Shown: positions 51,783 through 60,770, numbered from the stretch's first letter. The stretch: 64,000 nucleotides of DNA from an uncultured Bifidobacteriaceae bacterium (GCA_964413165.1 CAYPSF010000001.1:1238-65237); one strand, 5' to 3'. Numbers and translations: made by a program. The notes: generated by a model not told the origin, from the letters alone.

Positions 51783-52855
51783 GTGGCTTTGACCCTAAAC
51801 AGCTCCAGCAGACCTGGCCGCGGCCGGCGCAGCCGCGGCCGATTGTCATCCTCGGAGCGGGCGACATCGTGCGCGACGCGCATCTGCCGGCATACGCCAA
51901 GGCTAAATTTCCCGTGGCCGGCGTTTATGATCTTGACCTCAAGGTGGCCGAAAAAAGAGCCGAGGATTTCAACCTGCCGCGGGTGTTTGAAAATATCCGC
52001 GAGGCGGTCACCGAGCCGAACGTGATCTTTGACATCGCCACGCCGCCGAAGGCGCACGCGGAAGTGCTGGAGCAGCTGCCCGACGACGCGGTGGTCATCA
52101 TCCAGAAACCGATGGGCAATACGCTGGCCGCGGCCCGGTCCATCCGCGACATCTGCCGGCGCAAACGGCTGAAGGCCGCTGTCAATTTCCAGCTCCGCTT
52201 CAGCACCTTCATGCTTGCCGTCCACGACTTCATCCGCCGGGGCGAACTCGGCGAAATCGTGGACGTGGAGGTGCATCTGAACCTGCAGACGCCGTGGGAT
52301 GTTTTTCCGTTTCTGCTGACCGAACCGCGCGTGGAGATTTTGTTGCACAGCGTCCACTATCTCGACCTCATCCGGCTTTTTCTGGGCAACCCGCGCCGCG
52401 TTTACGCCCGGACGGTGAAACACCCGAAATTTCCCAAACTGGCCAACACCCGATCGAGCATCATCCTGGATTACGGCGACCTGATCCGCTGCTGCCTTTC
52501 GCTCAACCACTGTCATTCCTTCGGCACGAAGCATATCGACGCTTCGGTCCGGATTGAAGGCACGGAGGGTTGCGCCATCGCCACGCTGGGGTTGCTGATG
52601 GATTATCCGCGTGGCCGGTCGGACCGGCTCGAAGTATTTGGCCGTTCAACGAAGCAATGGGTCGAAGTCCCGCTCGTGGGCGGCTGGTTTCCCGACGGGT
52701 TCGTCGGCACGATGTCGAATTTACAGCGATTTGCCGCCGGCGAAGACGCCACGCTCGTCTCATCGGTGGAAGATGCGTTCGAGACCATGCTGCTGGTGGA
52801 AGCCTGCTACCGCGCTGATGCGGAAGGCGGGATTTTATTGGATAAAGTTCAATGA
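51779..52855 (+). CDS. Gfo/Idh/MocA-family NAD(P)-dependent oxidoreductase
   Basis: Internal start MSGFDPKQL... forms an ATGA overlap with the upstream stop. IVILGAGDIVRDAHLPAY is the N-terminal Rossmann motif. Confidence 0.75.
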   Translation: MSGFDPKQLQQTWPRPAQPRPIVILGAGDIVRDAHLPAYAKAKFPVAGVYDLDLKVAEKRAEDFNLPRVFENIREAVTEPNVIFDIATPPKAHAEVLEQLPDDAVVIIQKPMGNTLAAARSIRDICRRKRLKAAVNFQLRFSTFMLAVHDFIRRGELGEIVDVEVHLNLQTPWDVFPFLLTEPRVEILLHSVHYLDLIRLFLGNPRRVYARTVKHPKFPKLANTRSSIILDYGDLIRCCLSLNHCHSFGTKHIDASVRIEGTEGCAIATLGLLMDYPRGRSDRLEVFGRSTKQWVEVPLVGGWFPDGFVGTMSNLQRFAAGEDATLVSSVEDAFETMLLVEACYRADAEGGILLDKVQ

Positions 52856-52944
52856 ATCCGGGTTCGACTTCGAGGCCGGCCCTGTGTCAAAATCGACAAA
52901 ACCAAACACTCCAGTCCAGTGAATCTGCTTAACCGGAAAACTGC

Positions 52945-54066
52945 ATGCATGCTCTAGCGGCCAGTATTTTCTTTCACGCCATCGGCGCCACCTCGGCCGC
53001 TTTCTGCTATGTCCCGCAAAGGAAAGTCCGACGCTGGTCGTGGCAATCCTACTGGCTGACCCAGGCCTCTTTTTGCTGGCTGCTCCTGCCCATTCTCGGA
53101 GCGTTCCTGACGGTTCCGGATTTCTGGTCGGTGGTGCAAGTTGCCCCACGGGATGCAATGCTGCGCACGTTTTTACTGGGCATGGCTTATGGCATTGGCG
53201 GAACGGCCTTTGGGATGGCGATTCGTTATGTGGGCTTCTCCGTAACCTATGCCACAGCCATCGGAATCTCGACCGTAGTGGGTACCGCCTACGCCATCAT
53301 CAAGGGTGATACCGGCCTGGTGAATGCCGCCGCGAACCTCCAGGCTTTCCTCGCCAAGACCGGCGTGGCCTGGGTCATCCTTGGCATCGGCGTCGGCATT
53401 ATTGGAATTATTTTCTGCGGCGTGGCCGGCCGGTGGAAGGAACGTGATTTGGCTCCGATTGGCGGTCCGGCAGCGGGCAGAAGCAATGCGTTCGTCGGCC
53501 TGATCCTGTGCGTGGTGGCCGGCGTGCTGTCGGGGGTTTACAGCATGGCGCTGACGGAAGGCGCGCCGATTGCCAAACTGGCCGAGACCGCGGCGGCCGG
53601 ACATACAATTCTGGGGGTGGACGCGACCACTTTTTGCAGCAATGCTATTTATCCCTTTTCCAACACGGGCGCGTTCCTGACCACGGCAATTTATTGCCTG
53701 TTCCTTCACTTCCGACACAAAACGCTGGGTGAAGTTGTGGCGCTTCCGGAAGGCGTCGAGAAAGCGAGTCTGCCGGTAAACTGGGCCATGGCCATCCTCA
53801 CCGGCTGCCTCTGGTATGGCCAGTTCTTCTTCTACGGCTTCGGTCACTTTTTTATCATGAAAGTCCAGGGATTCGAGCAGACCTGCTGGGCGATTCACAT
53901 GATCCTCTCAATCCTGCTGGGCACCCTGATCGGTGTTGCGCTCAAGGAATGGAAAGGTTGCCGGCACCGTACCCATGCCACGTTGGCCCTGTCGGTTGGC
54001 CTGTTGATCGTCGGCAAGTTGTTGCTCGATTATGGCAATTACCTCGGCACGCTCGCCGCGAAATGA
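52945..54066 (+). CDS. rhaT: L-rhamnose/H+ symporter RhaT-family transporter
   Basis: 373 aa, about 10 TM segments. The N-terminus FFHAIGATSAAFCYVPQRKVRRWSWQSYWL closely parallels E. coli RhaT (recalled from memory). Confidence 0.8.
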   Translation: MHALAASIFFHAIGATSAAFCYVPQRKVRRWSWQSYWLTQASFCWLLLPILGAFLTVPDFWSVVQVAPRDAMLRTFLLGMAYGIGGTAFGMAIRYVGFSVTYATAIGISTVVGTAYAIIKGDTGLVNAAANLQAFLAKTGVAWVILGIGVGIIGIIFCGVAGRWKERDLAPIGGPAAGRSNAFVGLILCVVAGVLSGVYSMALTEGAPIAKLAETAAAGHTILGVDATTFCSNAIYPFSNTGAFLTTAIYCLFLHFRHKTLGEVVALPEGVEKASLPVNWAMAILTGCLWYGQFFFYGFGHFFIMKVQGFEQTCWAIHMILSILLGTLIGVALKEWKGCRHRTHATLALSVGLLIVGKLLLDYGNYLGTLAAK

Positions 54067-54079
54067 ATCGAACTCAACC

Positions 54080-54418
54080 ATGAAACGCTACGGCTCCGTC
54101 ATCGGCCTCCGGCCGGAAAAGCTCGACGAATACAAAAAGCTCCACGCGGCCGTCTGGCCGGACGTGCTGCAGATGATTCACACGTGCCACATCCAGAATT
54201 ATTCCATCTACCTCCGCCAGCTCGACGACGGGCGGCATTATCTCTTCGCCTATTTTGAATATACCGGCAGCGATTTCGCCGCCGACATGGCGAAAATGGC
54301 CGCCGATCCCGGCACCCAGCGCTGGTGGTCGGTGTGCAAGCCCTGCCAACAACCGCTGGCCGGCCGCGCCCCGGACGAATGGTGGACGACCATGGAGGAA
54401 GTTTTTCACCAGGACTGA
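54080..54418 (+). CDS. rhaM: L-rhamnose mutarotase
   Basis: MKRYGSVIGLRPEKLDEYKKLHAAVWPDVLQMIHTCHIQNYSIYL...YFEYTG is the RhaM signature. About 112 aa. Confidence 0.85.
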   Translation: MKRYGSVIGLRPEKLDEYKKLHAAVWPDVLQMIHTCHIQNYSIYLRQLDDGRHYLFAYFEYTGSDFAADMAKMAADPGTQRWWSVCKPCQQPLAGRAPDEWWTTMEEVFHQD

Positions 54419-54426
54419 ACCTTAAA

Positions 54427-55974
54427 ATGAAGACCCCAATCAACCGTTTCATCTCCAGGTTTATTTTTATTGCCGGTGTGGCGCTGGTTTTTGGTTCCAG
54501 GTTCGCCCGGGCGGCGGATGAAGCAACCACCAATTCTGCCGCGTCGGAAGCCCCGGCGCCCGTGGCCGCAGCCCCGGCGCTGCAATTGCCGTCGGTCTTC
54601 GGCGACAACATGGTGTTGCAGCAAAAGCAACCGGTGCCGGTCTGGGGCTGGAGCCAGCCCGGGACGGCGGTGACCGTGAAGTTTGCCGGGCAGGTCAAAC
54701 GCGCCCGCGCGGGCGGCGACGGCCGCTGGGAAGTGCGCTTGAGTTCACTGCCGGCCTCCAGCCAGCCGGCGGATCTGGTCGTCGAGGCGGGGGAAACCAA
54801 AACCTTCACGAACATTCTGGTCGGCGAAGTCTGGCTTTGTTCCGGCCAGTCCAACATGGAAAAACCCATTGGCAAACAATCGGGCCAGCGCCCCGTTTTC
54901 AACGCCGAGCAGGAACTGGCAGCGGCCGATTTCCCGGAGATCCGGCTGTTCAAGGTTGAAAAGACGCTCGCCTCGGTGCCGGAGAAGGAGGCCAAAACGC
55001 TCCGGGGCTGGTTGCTGTGCAATTCCAATTCGCTGGAGGCCATCAAGTTTTCCGCCGCCGGTTACTTTTTCGGCCGGGAAATCCACCGCCAGTTGCAGGT
55101 CCCCATCGGCCTGGTGGAATCCTCCTGGGGCGGCACACGCATCGAGCCCTGGACGCCGCCGGAGGGCTTCGAGATGGTGCGTTCGCTCCATGGACTGGCC
55201 GCGCCTTTGTCCGCCACCAACAAATTGAGCAATACCAACCCGATGGCGATTTACAACGCGATGATCGCCCCGCTGGTGCATTTTGCGATGCGCGGCGTGT
55301 TATGGTACCAGGGCGAATCCAATTGCATGGGCAAGCAACCTGACGGCGCGATTTACACCGACAAGATGGAGGCGCTCATCCGCAGCTGGCGCCGGCTTTG
55401 GGGCGAGGGCGATTTCCCGTTTTACTACGTGCAGATCGCGCCATTCAATTATTTCACCGGCAAAACCCCGCGCGTTCCCTCTGCCGACGCCCTGCCGGAA
55501 ATTTGGGAGGCACAGACCCATGCCCTGCGCATCAAAAATACCGGGATGATCGTAACCACCGACCTGGTGGACGACCTGAAAGACATCCATCCGCGCAACA
55601 AACAGGAGGTGGGCAAACGACTGGCTTGGCTCGCGTTGAACAAGACTTACGGACACAAGGATATCGTGTGCACCGGCCCCAGGTTCCAAAAAATGAAGAT
55701 CAAGGGCGGTCAGGCGGTGTTGTCCTTTGCCGACACCGACGGCGGATTGGTCAGCAAGGACGGCCGGCCGCTGACATGGTTCACGATCGCCGGCGCAGAC
55801 CAAAAATTTGTTCCGGCCGAAGCCAAGATTACCAACGGAACAGTTGTGGTTTCCTCTCCGGACGTAGCCAGGCCGGTGGCCGTGCGTTTCGCCTGGAGTG
55901 AAGTCGCCCAGCCCAATTTTTTCAATGGAGCCGGTTTGCCGGCCGTGCCCTTCCGCACGGACGAAAACAAATGA
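54427..55974 (+). CDS. SASA-domain carbohydrate (sialate-type) O-acetylesterase, secreted
   Basis: Signal peptide MKTPINRFISRFIFIAGVALVFG. GEVWLCSGQSNME catalytic Ser motif. GVLWYQGESN. Confidence 0.8.
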   Translation: MKTPINRFISRFIFIAGVALVFGSRFARAADEATTNSAASEAPAPVAAAPALQLPSVFGDNMVLQQKQPVPVWGWSQPGTAVTVKFAGQVKRARAGGDGRWEVRLSSLPASSQPADLVVEAGETKTFTNILVGEVWLCSGQSNMEKPIGKQSGQRPVFNAEQELAAADFPEIRLFKVEKTLASVPEKEAKTLRGWLLCNSNSLEAIKFSAAGYFFGREIHRQLQVPIGLVESSWGGTRIEPWTPPEGFEMVRSLHGLAAPLSATNKLSNTNPMAIYNAMIAPLVHFAMRGVLWYQGESNCMGKQPDGAIYTDKMEALIRSWRRLWGEGDFPFYYVQIAPFNYFTGKTPRVPSADALPEIWEAQTHALRIKNTGMIVTTDLVDDLKDIHPRNKQEVGKRLAWLALNKTYGHKDIVCTGPRFQKMKIKGGQAVLSFADTDGGLVSKDGRPLTWFTIAGADQKFVPAEAKITNGTVVVSSPDVARPVAVRFAWSEVAQPNFFNGAGLPAVPFRTDENK

Positions 55975-56348
55975 CCCGGGCGACGACCATCCGGATTGCG
56001 GCTGCGTCCGGCGCGCTCGCGGTGGTACTGGGTGCTTTCGGCGCCCATGGATTGCACGACCTGCTTACCCGGAACGGAACGGCCGCGATCTGGGAGAAGG
56101 CCGTTTTTTATCATTTCATTCATACGGTGATGTTGTTCGTGCTGGCCCAACACCGGCCGCTGAAATCCGGACCCTGGTGGTGTTTCCTGGCCGGGATCAT
56201 AATTTTTTCCGGTTCATTGTATTTGCTGGCCGTGACAAACCTGCGCTGGCTGGGCGCCATCACCCCGGTGGGCGGCGCGAGCTTCATCGCCGGCTGGGTC
56301 TGTTTGTTCCTTTCGGCAGCAAAAACCGGCGGGCCGGACCAAACCTGA
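55971..56348 (+). CDS. DUF423-family small membrane protein
   Basis: 125 aa. AAASGALAVVLGAFGAHGL is the signature, with 4 TM segments. Confidence 0.8.
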   Translation: MTRATTIRIAAASGALAVVLGAFGAHGLHDLLTRNGTAAIWEKAVFYHFIHTVMLFVLAQHRPLKSGPWWCFLAGIIIFSGSLYLLAVTNLRWLGAITPVGGASFIAGWVCLFLSAAKTGGPDQT

Positions 56349-56470
56349 TCCTGCCAGCCTGGACCTTTCCCTGTGCGCCATCGCGGACGGCCGATCTTCT
56401 TCCCGCGAATTGGCTTGGAGTATGGCATTCGGTTGACTACGGTTGGTTCAATCAATCCACGAGGGAACTT

Positions 56471-56925
56471 ATGCAGATTCGTCGCCATGCTTTCACACTC
56501 ATCGAACTGCTGGTCGTTATCGCCGTTATCGCCGTCCTGGCCGCGCTGCTCCTGCCGGCGCTGTCCAAGGCCAAGCAGAAAGCGCTGCGCAGCAGGATGA
56601 ATTCGGCCCGCGTCGTCGCGGAGGCAGCCGCGCAAGTGGACGTCGGGCGCGGCGTCTCAGCGCCCCCTGGCCATGGTCAAGAGCTTCGCAGCTTCGGTCG
56701 TGCTCAAACCGGGGTTGAGTGTTGGCACGGCGCAACCCGAGTCCATCTACACCGCGCAACTCAAGTCCCAGTTCCAGGCCTCCAATCCGGCCGGCAAAGG
56801 CGAGTGCGAGGTGCTCCTGCCGTTGCCGCCGCAAATTCATCTCGCTGGCCGATCTGGAGGTGACCGTCAACTCCCAGCCCAGTGTTCATTGCAGCGATGC
56901 TGCTGATTCCCCGGATGAAACGTGA
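56471..56925 (+). pseudogene. Decayed prepilin-type N-terminal-domain protein fused to a VIT-like start (two apparent frameshifts, truncated)
   Basis: Frame 1: MQIRRHAFTLIELLVVIAVIAVLAALLLPALSKAKQKA, then low-quality sequence. A plausible continuation shifts to the 56673 frame (SFAASVVLKPGLSVGTAQPESIYTAQLKSQFQASNPAGKGECEVLLPLPPQI), then to the 56719 frame (ISLADLEVTVNSQPS...) and stops. Confidence 0.4.
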
Positions 56926-57052
56926 GCCTCAAATTTCAGATGGATCAAATGACAGCCCGCGCTGAAGGTCGCTGACCCGGGACGCCGCGGAGCGGCTTCC
57001 CCTTTGAGGTTTGCCCGGTCCGACGGACAAAGGAAATCCCGTGAGACGGCGC

Positions 57053-57072
57053 AAATGACAGAACTGTCATCT
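57053..57072. promoter_or_regulatory. CusR/CopR-box-like palindrome (candidate operator)
   Basis: aaATGACAGaaCTGTCATct is a perfect 7-2-7 inverted repeat. It lies ~190 bp upstream of the 57261 gene. A heavy-metal-type response regulator is encoded 2 kb downstream. Confidence 0.45.
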
Positions 57073-57260
57073 GCCGTTCAGCGGACGTTCATCTCTCCAA
57101 GGTTTCATGATGGTGTTTGAATCTTATAAACCACGCAAACCAACACAAAACCAAACCACGTGCTGCGGCTGAGACAGCCATGCTCCGCCTTTGGAAGTTG
57201 ACGCCGGGAATGCCTGAGAGCAAATGTTGTCGGGTAAATTCAACCAAAAGGAGTCCGATT

Positions 57261-58271
57261 ATGAAAAAATATCTGTTGCTGGTGCTGTTCAGTTTGACCG
57301 TCGCGGTCTGCCACGCCGAGGGGCCTTATCATTTCATCAAGGAAATCCCCATCGGTGGCGACGGCGGCTGGGATTACTGCTCCGTGGATTCAGCGGCGCA
57401 ACGCCTTTACGTCTCGCACGGGACCAAGGTCGTGGTCATTGACCTCGCCCAGGACAAGGTCATCGGCGAAATCACGAACACCCCCGGGGTCCATGGCCTT
57501 GCGCCGGCGGCCGATTTGAAGCTGGGAATCACCAGCAACGGTCGTGAAAACAAGGCAGGCATCGTGGACTTGAAGACGCTGCAAACGCTTTCCAAGGTGG
57601 ACACCGGTCAAAACCCGGATGGGATGCTTTACGAACCCGGGCAGCGGGAATTTTACACGTTTAATGGACGCGGCCAATCGGCCACGGTCATTGATGCCAA
57701 ATCAGCCAAGGTGGTCGCCACGATTCCGCTCGCAGGCAAGCCGGAATTCGCGCAGGCCGATGCCAACGCCTGGCGTGTCTACGACAATCTCGAAGACAAA
57801 AACGAAGTGGTGGCCATCGATACGAAAACCCATAAAGTAGTGAATCGCTGGCCTATCGCGCCAGGCGAGGAGGCTTCCGGCATGGCCATTGACGTGGCGA
57901 ATCATCGGCTGTTCCTCGGTTGCGGCGGCAGCAAGACGATGGTGATGATGGACAGCACCAGCGGCAAGGTCATCACCTCGGTGCCGATCGGGCAGGGGGT
58001 GGACGCCAACGCATTCGATCCGGGAACCGGGTTCGCCTTTGCCTCGTGCGGCGATGGGACGGTCACCATTGCGCACGAAGACTCGCCGGACAAACTGACC
58101 GTGGTGCAGACGTTGGAAACCCAGCGCGGCTCGCGAACCATGACCCTCGATCCCAAGACGCACAAGATTTACCTGGCCGCCGCCAAATTCGAGGCCCCGG
58201 CCGAAGGCCAGCGGCGCGGGAAGATGGTCCCGGACAGTTTCAAGATCCTGGTGTACGGAATGGAGAAATAA
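57261..58271 (+). CDS. Secreted YncE/YVTN-like beta-propeller protein
   Basis: AAAGGAG RBS, then MKKYLLLVLFSLTVAVCHA signal peptide. GGWDYCSVDSAAQRLYVSHG...VVVIDL, with repeated ...N.V.VID..T.KV units. Confidence 0.7.
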   Translation: MKKYLLLVLFSLTVAVCHAEGPYHFIKEIPIGGDGGWDYCSVDSAAQRLYVSHGTKVVVIDLAQDKVIGEITNTPGVHGLAPAADLKLGITSNGRENKAGIVDLKTLQTLSKVDTGQNPDGMLYEPGQREFYTFNGRGQSATVIDAKSAKVVATIPLAGKPEFAQADANAWRVYDNLEDKNEVVAIDTKTHKVVNRWPIAPGEEASGMAIDVANHRLFLGCGGSKTMVMMDSTSGKVITSVPIGQGVDANAFDPGTGFAFASCGDGTVTIAHEDSPDKLTVVQTLETQRGSRTMTLDPKTHKIYLAAAKFEAPAEGQRRGKMVPDSFKILVYGMEK

Positions 58272-58278
58272 TTATTCC

Positions 58279-58983
58279 ATGAAATTGCAAACGAACGGGC
58301 AAATGCTGTTGTTGGCGTTTGGCGCGCTCGCTCTGGCTGGTTGCGCGAACATTTCTCCAGAGAACCATGCCCAGGATTCAACGCCGCGGTTTTCCCGTCC
58401 GCAGGCCATCACCAATCCTTACCTGCCGCTGGTGTCCTTGAAACAGGATGTGCTCGAAAATCCATCCGGCCGCGTCGAGCGCACCGCCAAACCGGACGTG
58501 CACAAGACTTTCCGGATCGGCGGCCAGACGGTCGAAGCGTTGGTGGTGGAGGACCGGGATTATGAAAACGGCAAACTGACGGAGGTCACGCTGGATTATT
58601 TTGCCCAGGACGACGCGGGCACGGTTTATTATCTCGGCGAAGACGTGGATGAATACAAAGACGGCAAGGTCGTCGGCCACGGCGGCACGTGGTTGTGGGG
58701 CAAGGACACCCAACAGCCGGGCGTCCTGATGCCGGCGCATCCGCGGGGGGGCGACCGGTTTCGTGCCGAGGACGTGCCGCATATCACCTGGGAGAACGAC
58801 GAAGTGGTTTCGGTTTCGGAAACCGTGATGGTGCCAGCGGGGACCTATCAAAATTGCGTGCGAATCAAGGAGACCGCCTCCGACGGTGCGACGGAATATA
58901 AATTGTATGCGCCGGGCGTAGGCTGTGTGAAAGAAATCGAAGGCAAGGCCGAACTGCCGTTGAAATCCCACACGACCCGATGA
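58279..58983 (+). CDS. Lipoprotein, hypothetical
   Basis: 234 aa. The lipobox LLLAFGALALAGC is followed by a soluble domain. Confidence 0.6.
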   Translation: MKLQTNGQMLLLAFGALALAGCANISPENHAQDSTPRFSRPQAITNPYLPLVSLKQDVLENPSGRVERTAKPDVHKTFRIGGQTVEALVVEDRDYENGKLTEVTLDYFAQDDAGTVYYLGEDVDEYKDGKVVGHGGTWLWGKDTQQPGVLMPAHPRGGDRFRAEDVPHITWENDEVVSVSETVMVPAGTYQNCVRIKETASDGATEYKLYAPGVGCVKEIEGKAELPLKSHTTR

Positions 58984-59037
58984 GGGCTGCGACATTTTTG
59001 CGTTTCAACGTTTCAACAATTTAACGATTCTCGATCC

Positions 59038-59712
59038 ATGCGTGTACTGGTCGTCGAAGACGAGAAGAAAACGGCGTCGTTCGTCCGCAAGGCGTTGCAG
59101 GCCGAAGGTTTTGCCGTGGACGTCTGCCACGACGGCGACGAGGCCCTGGCCGCGGCGCGGGCCACGCCCTTCGACGGCATTGTGCTCGACATCATGCTGC
59201 CGGGCCGCGACGGTTTGAGCGTGCTGCGCCAGTTGCGCGAACGCAAAAACGCCACGCCCGTCCTGCTCCTGTCCGCGCGCGGCGAGGTTAACGAGCGGGT
59301 CGAGGGCCTGAACGCCGGCGCGGACGATTACCTGCCCAAGCCCTTTGAGCTGGCCGAACTGGTCGCGCGAGTGCGCGCGTTGACGCGGCGGAGCGGCGAA
59401 AACAAGTCCACCGTCCTGCGCGTGGCCGACCTCACGCTGGACACGGTCACCCACCGGGCCCAGCGCGACGGAGCGGACATTGAACTGACCGCGCGCGAAT
59501 ATCGCCTGCTGGAATTTCTCATGCACTCCCCCGGCCGCCTCTGCGGACGCATGATGATCCTCGAAAAGGTCTGGGACTACGACTTCGATCCCGGCACCAA
59601 CCTGGTGGACGTTTATATCCGGCGGCTGCGCGAAAAAATTGACGCCAATTTTCAACCCAAGCTGCTCCACACGGTGCGCGGTTCGGGTTACCTGCTGAAG
59701 GAAGCACCATGA
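59038..59712 (+). CDS. OmpR-family response regulator, heavy-metal (CusR/CopR/CzcR) type
   Basis: MRVLVVEDEKKT..., LDIMLPGRDG, GADDYLPKPFELAELVARVRAL and TNLVDVYIRRLREKID..FQPKLLHTVRGSGYLL closely parallel E. coli CusR (recalled from memory). Confidence 0.9.
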   Translation: MRVLVVEDEKKTASFVRKALQAEGFAVDVCHDGDEALAAARATPFDGIVLDIMLPGRDGLSVLRQLRERKNATPVLLLSARGEVNERVEGLNAGADDYLPKPFELAELVARVRALTRRSGENKSTVLRVADLTLDTVTHRAQRDGADIELTAREYRLLEFLMHSPGRLCGRMMILEKVWDYDFDPGTNLVDVYIRRLREKIDANFQPKLLHTVRGSGYLLKEAP

Positions 59713-60770
59713 CCATCCGCACGCGGCTCACCTTCTGGTATGCCGGCATTCTGACCGCGTCGCTGCTGGTGATCGGTTTTGGCACCTACCGGGAGATTGA
59801 CGAGCGGTTGCGCCACGAACATCACCGGGAACCGGAGGAGCACGCCCTGGCCGAGGCGGGGGAGATGATTTTTCAGGTGGGCCTGCCCGCCATTGTGCTG
59901 GGGCTGCTCGGCGGCTGGTGGCTGACCCGCCGGGCGCTCGCGCCGATGACTAAGCTGACGGACGCCGTGGAAAAAATCCACGAACGCAATCTGCGCGAAC
60001 CGCTGCCTCGCACGGGCAATAACGATGAACTGGACCGGCTGACCGATGTTTTCAACGGCATGCTGGCGCGGCTCGACGACTCCTTCAACCGCACCCGCGA
60101 GTTCACCCTGCACGCTTCGCACGAGCTCAAGACGCCGCTCACGGTCTTGTGCGGCGAAACCGAGACCGCCCTGCGCGATGACTCGCTGGCGCCCGCCGAA
60201 CGCGAACGCGCGGCCAGCCTGCTCGACGAATTGCGCCGGCTGACCCGCATCGTGGACGGTCTCGCGCTGCTGGCCAAGGCTGACGCGGGCCAGGTCGCGC
60301 TGAAGCTGGAACCGATGCGGTTCGACGAGTTGGTGCGTGACAATTTCGCCGATGCGCAAATCCTGGCCGAACCGCACGGCATCCGGGTGGAACTGACCGC
60401 CTGCGAGGAAATCACCGTGCGCGGTGACCGCCATCGTTTACGCCAGTTGTTGCTGAACCTCGCGGATAACGCCGTCAAATATAACCAGCTGCGGGGCTGG
60501 GTGACGATGAGCTTGCGCCGGGCGGGCGACGCGGCTGAATTGACCATCGCCAACAGCGGGCCGGGGATTCCGCCAGAAATTTTGCCGCGGGTATTTGACC
60601 GGTTCTATCGCGGCGACCCGGCTCACAGCCAGGCGGTGGATGGCTGCGGCCTGGGTCTAAGCATCGTGCAATGGATTGTTTCCGCACACAAAGGAAGCGT
60701 CAAAATCGAATCGATGCCCGGGATAAGCACCACGGTCACAGTCCGCCTGCCGCTGGGCGCAAATAGATGA
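59709..60770 (+). CDS. Sensor histidine kinase (heavy-metal type) with minimal His-rich extracytoplasmic loop
   Basis: 353 aa. Two TM segments flank a ~30-aa loop, followed by a HAMP-like region, H-box HASHELKTPLT, and N/G boxes NAVKYN and GLGLSIV. It overlaps the response regulator gene by 4 bp. Confidence 0.9.
   Translation: MTIRTRLTFWYAGILTASLLVIGFGTYREIDERLRHEHHREPEEHALAEAGEMIFQVGLPAIVLGLLGGWWLTRRALAPMTKLTDAVEKIHERNLREPLPRTGNNDELDRLTDVFNGMLARLDDSFNRTREFTLHASHELKTPLTVLCGETETALRDDSLAPAERERAASLLDELRRLTRIVDGLALLAKADAGQVALKLEPMRFDELVRDNFADAQILAEPHGIRVELTACEEITVRGDRHRLRQLLLNLADNAVKYNQLRGWVTMSLRRAGDAAELTIANSGPGIPPEILPRVFDRFYRGDPAHSQAVDGCGLGLSIVQWIVSAHKGSVKIESMPGISTTVTVRLPLGANR

Noticed and set aside
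54099-55046. 315-aa minus-strand ORF
   Set aside because: It is antisense to rhaM and the SASA esterase.
55898-56863. 321-aa plus-strand ORF spanning DUF423 and the prepilin-like region
   Set aside because: Its first 190 codons are an alternative frame of the esterase end and the DUF423 gene. Only the part from the MQIRRHAFTLIELL start is meaningful, and that part is treated as a pseudogene.
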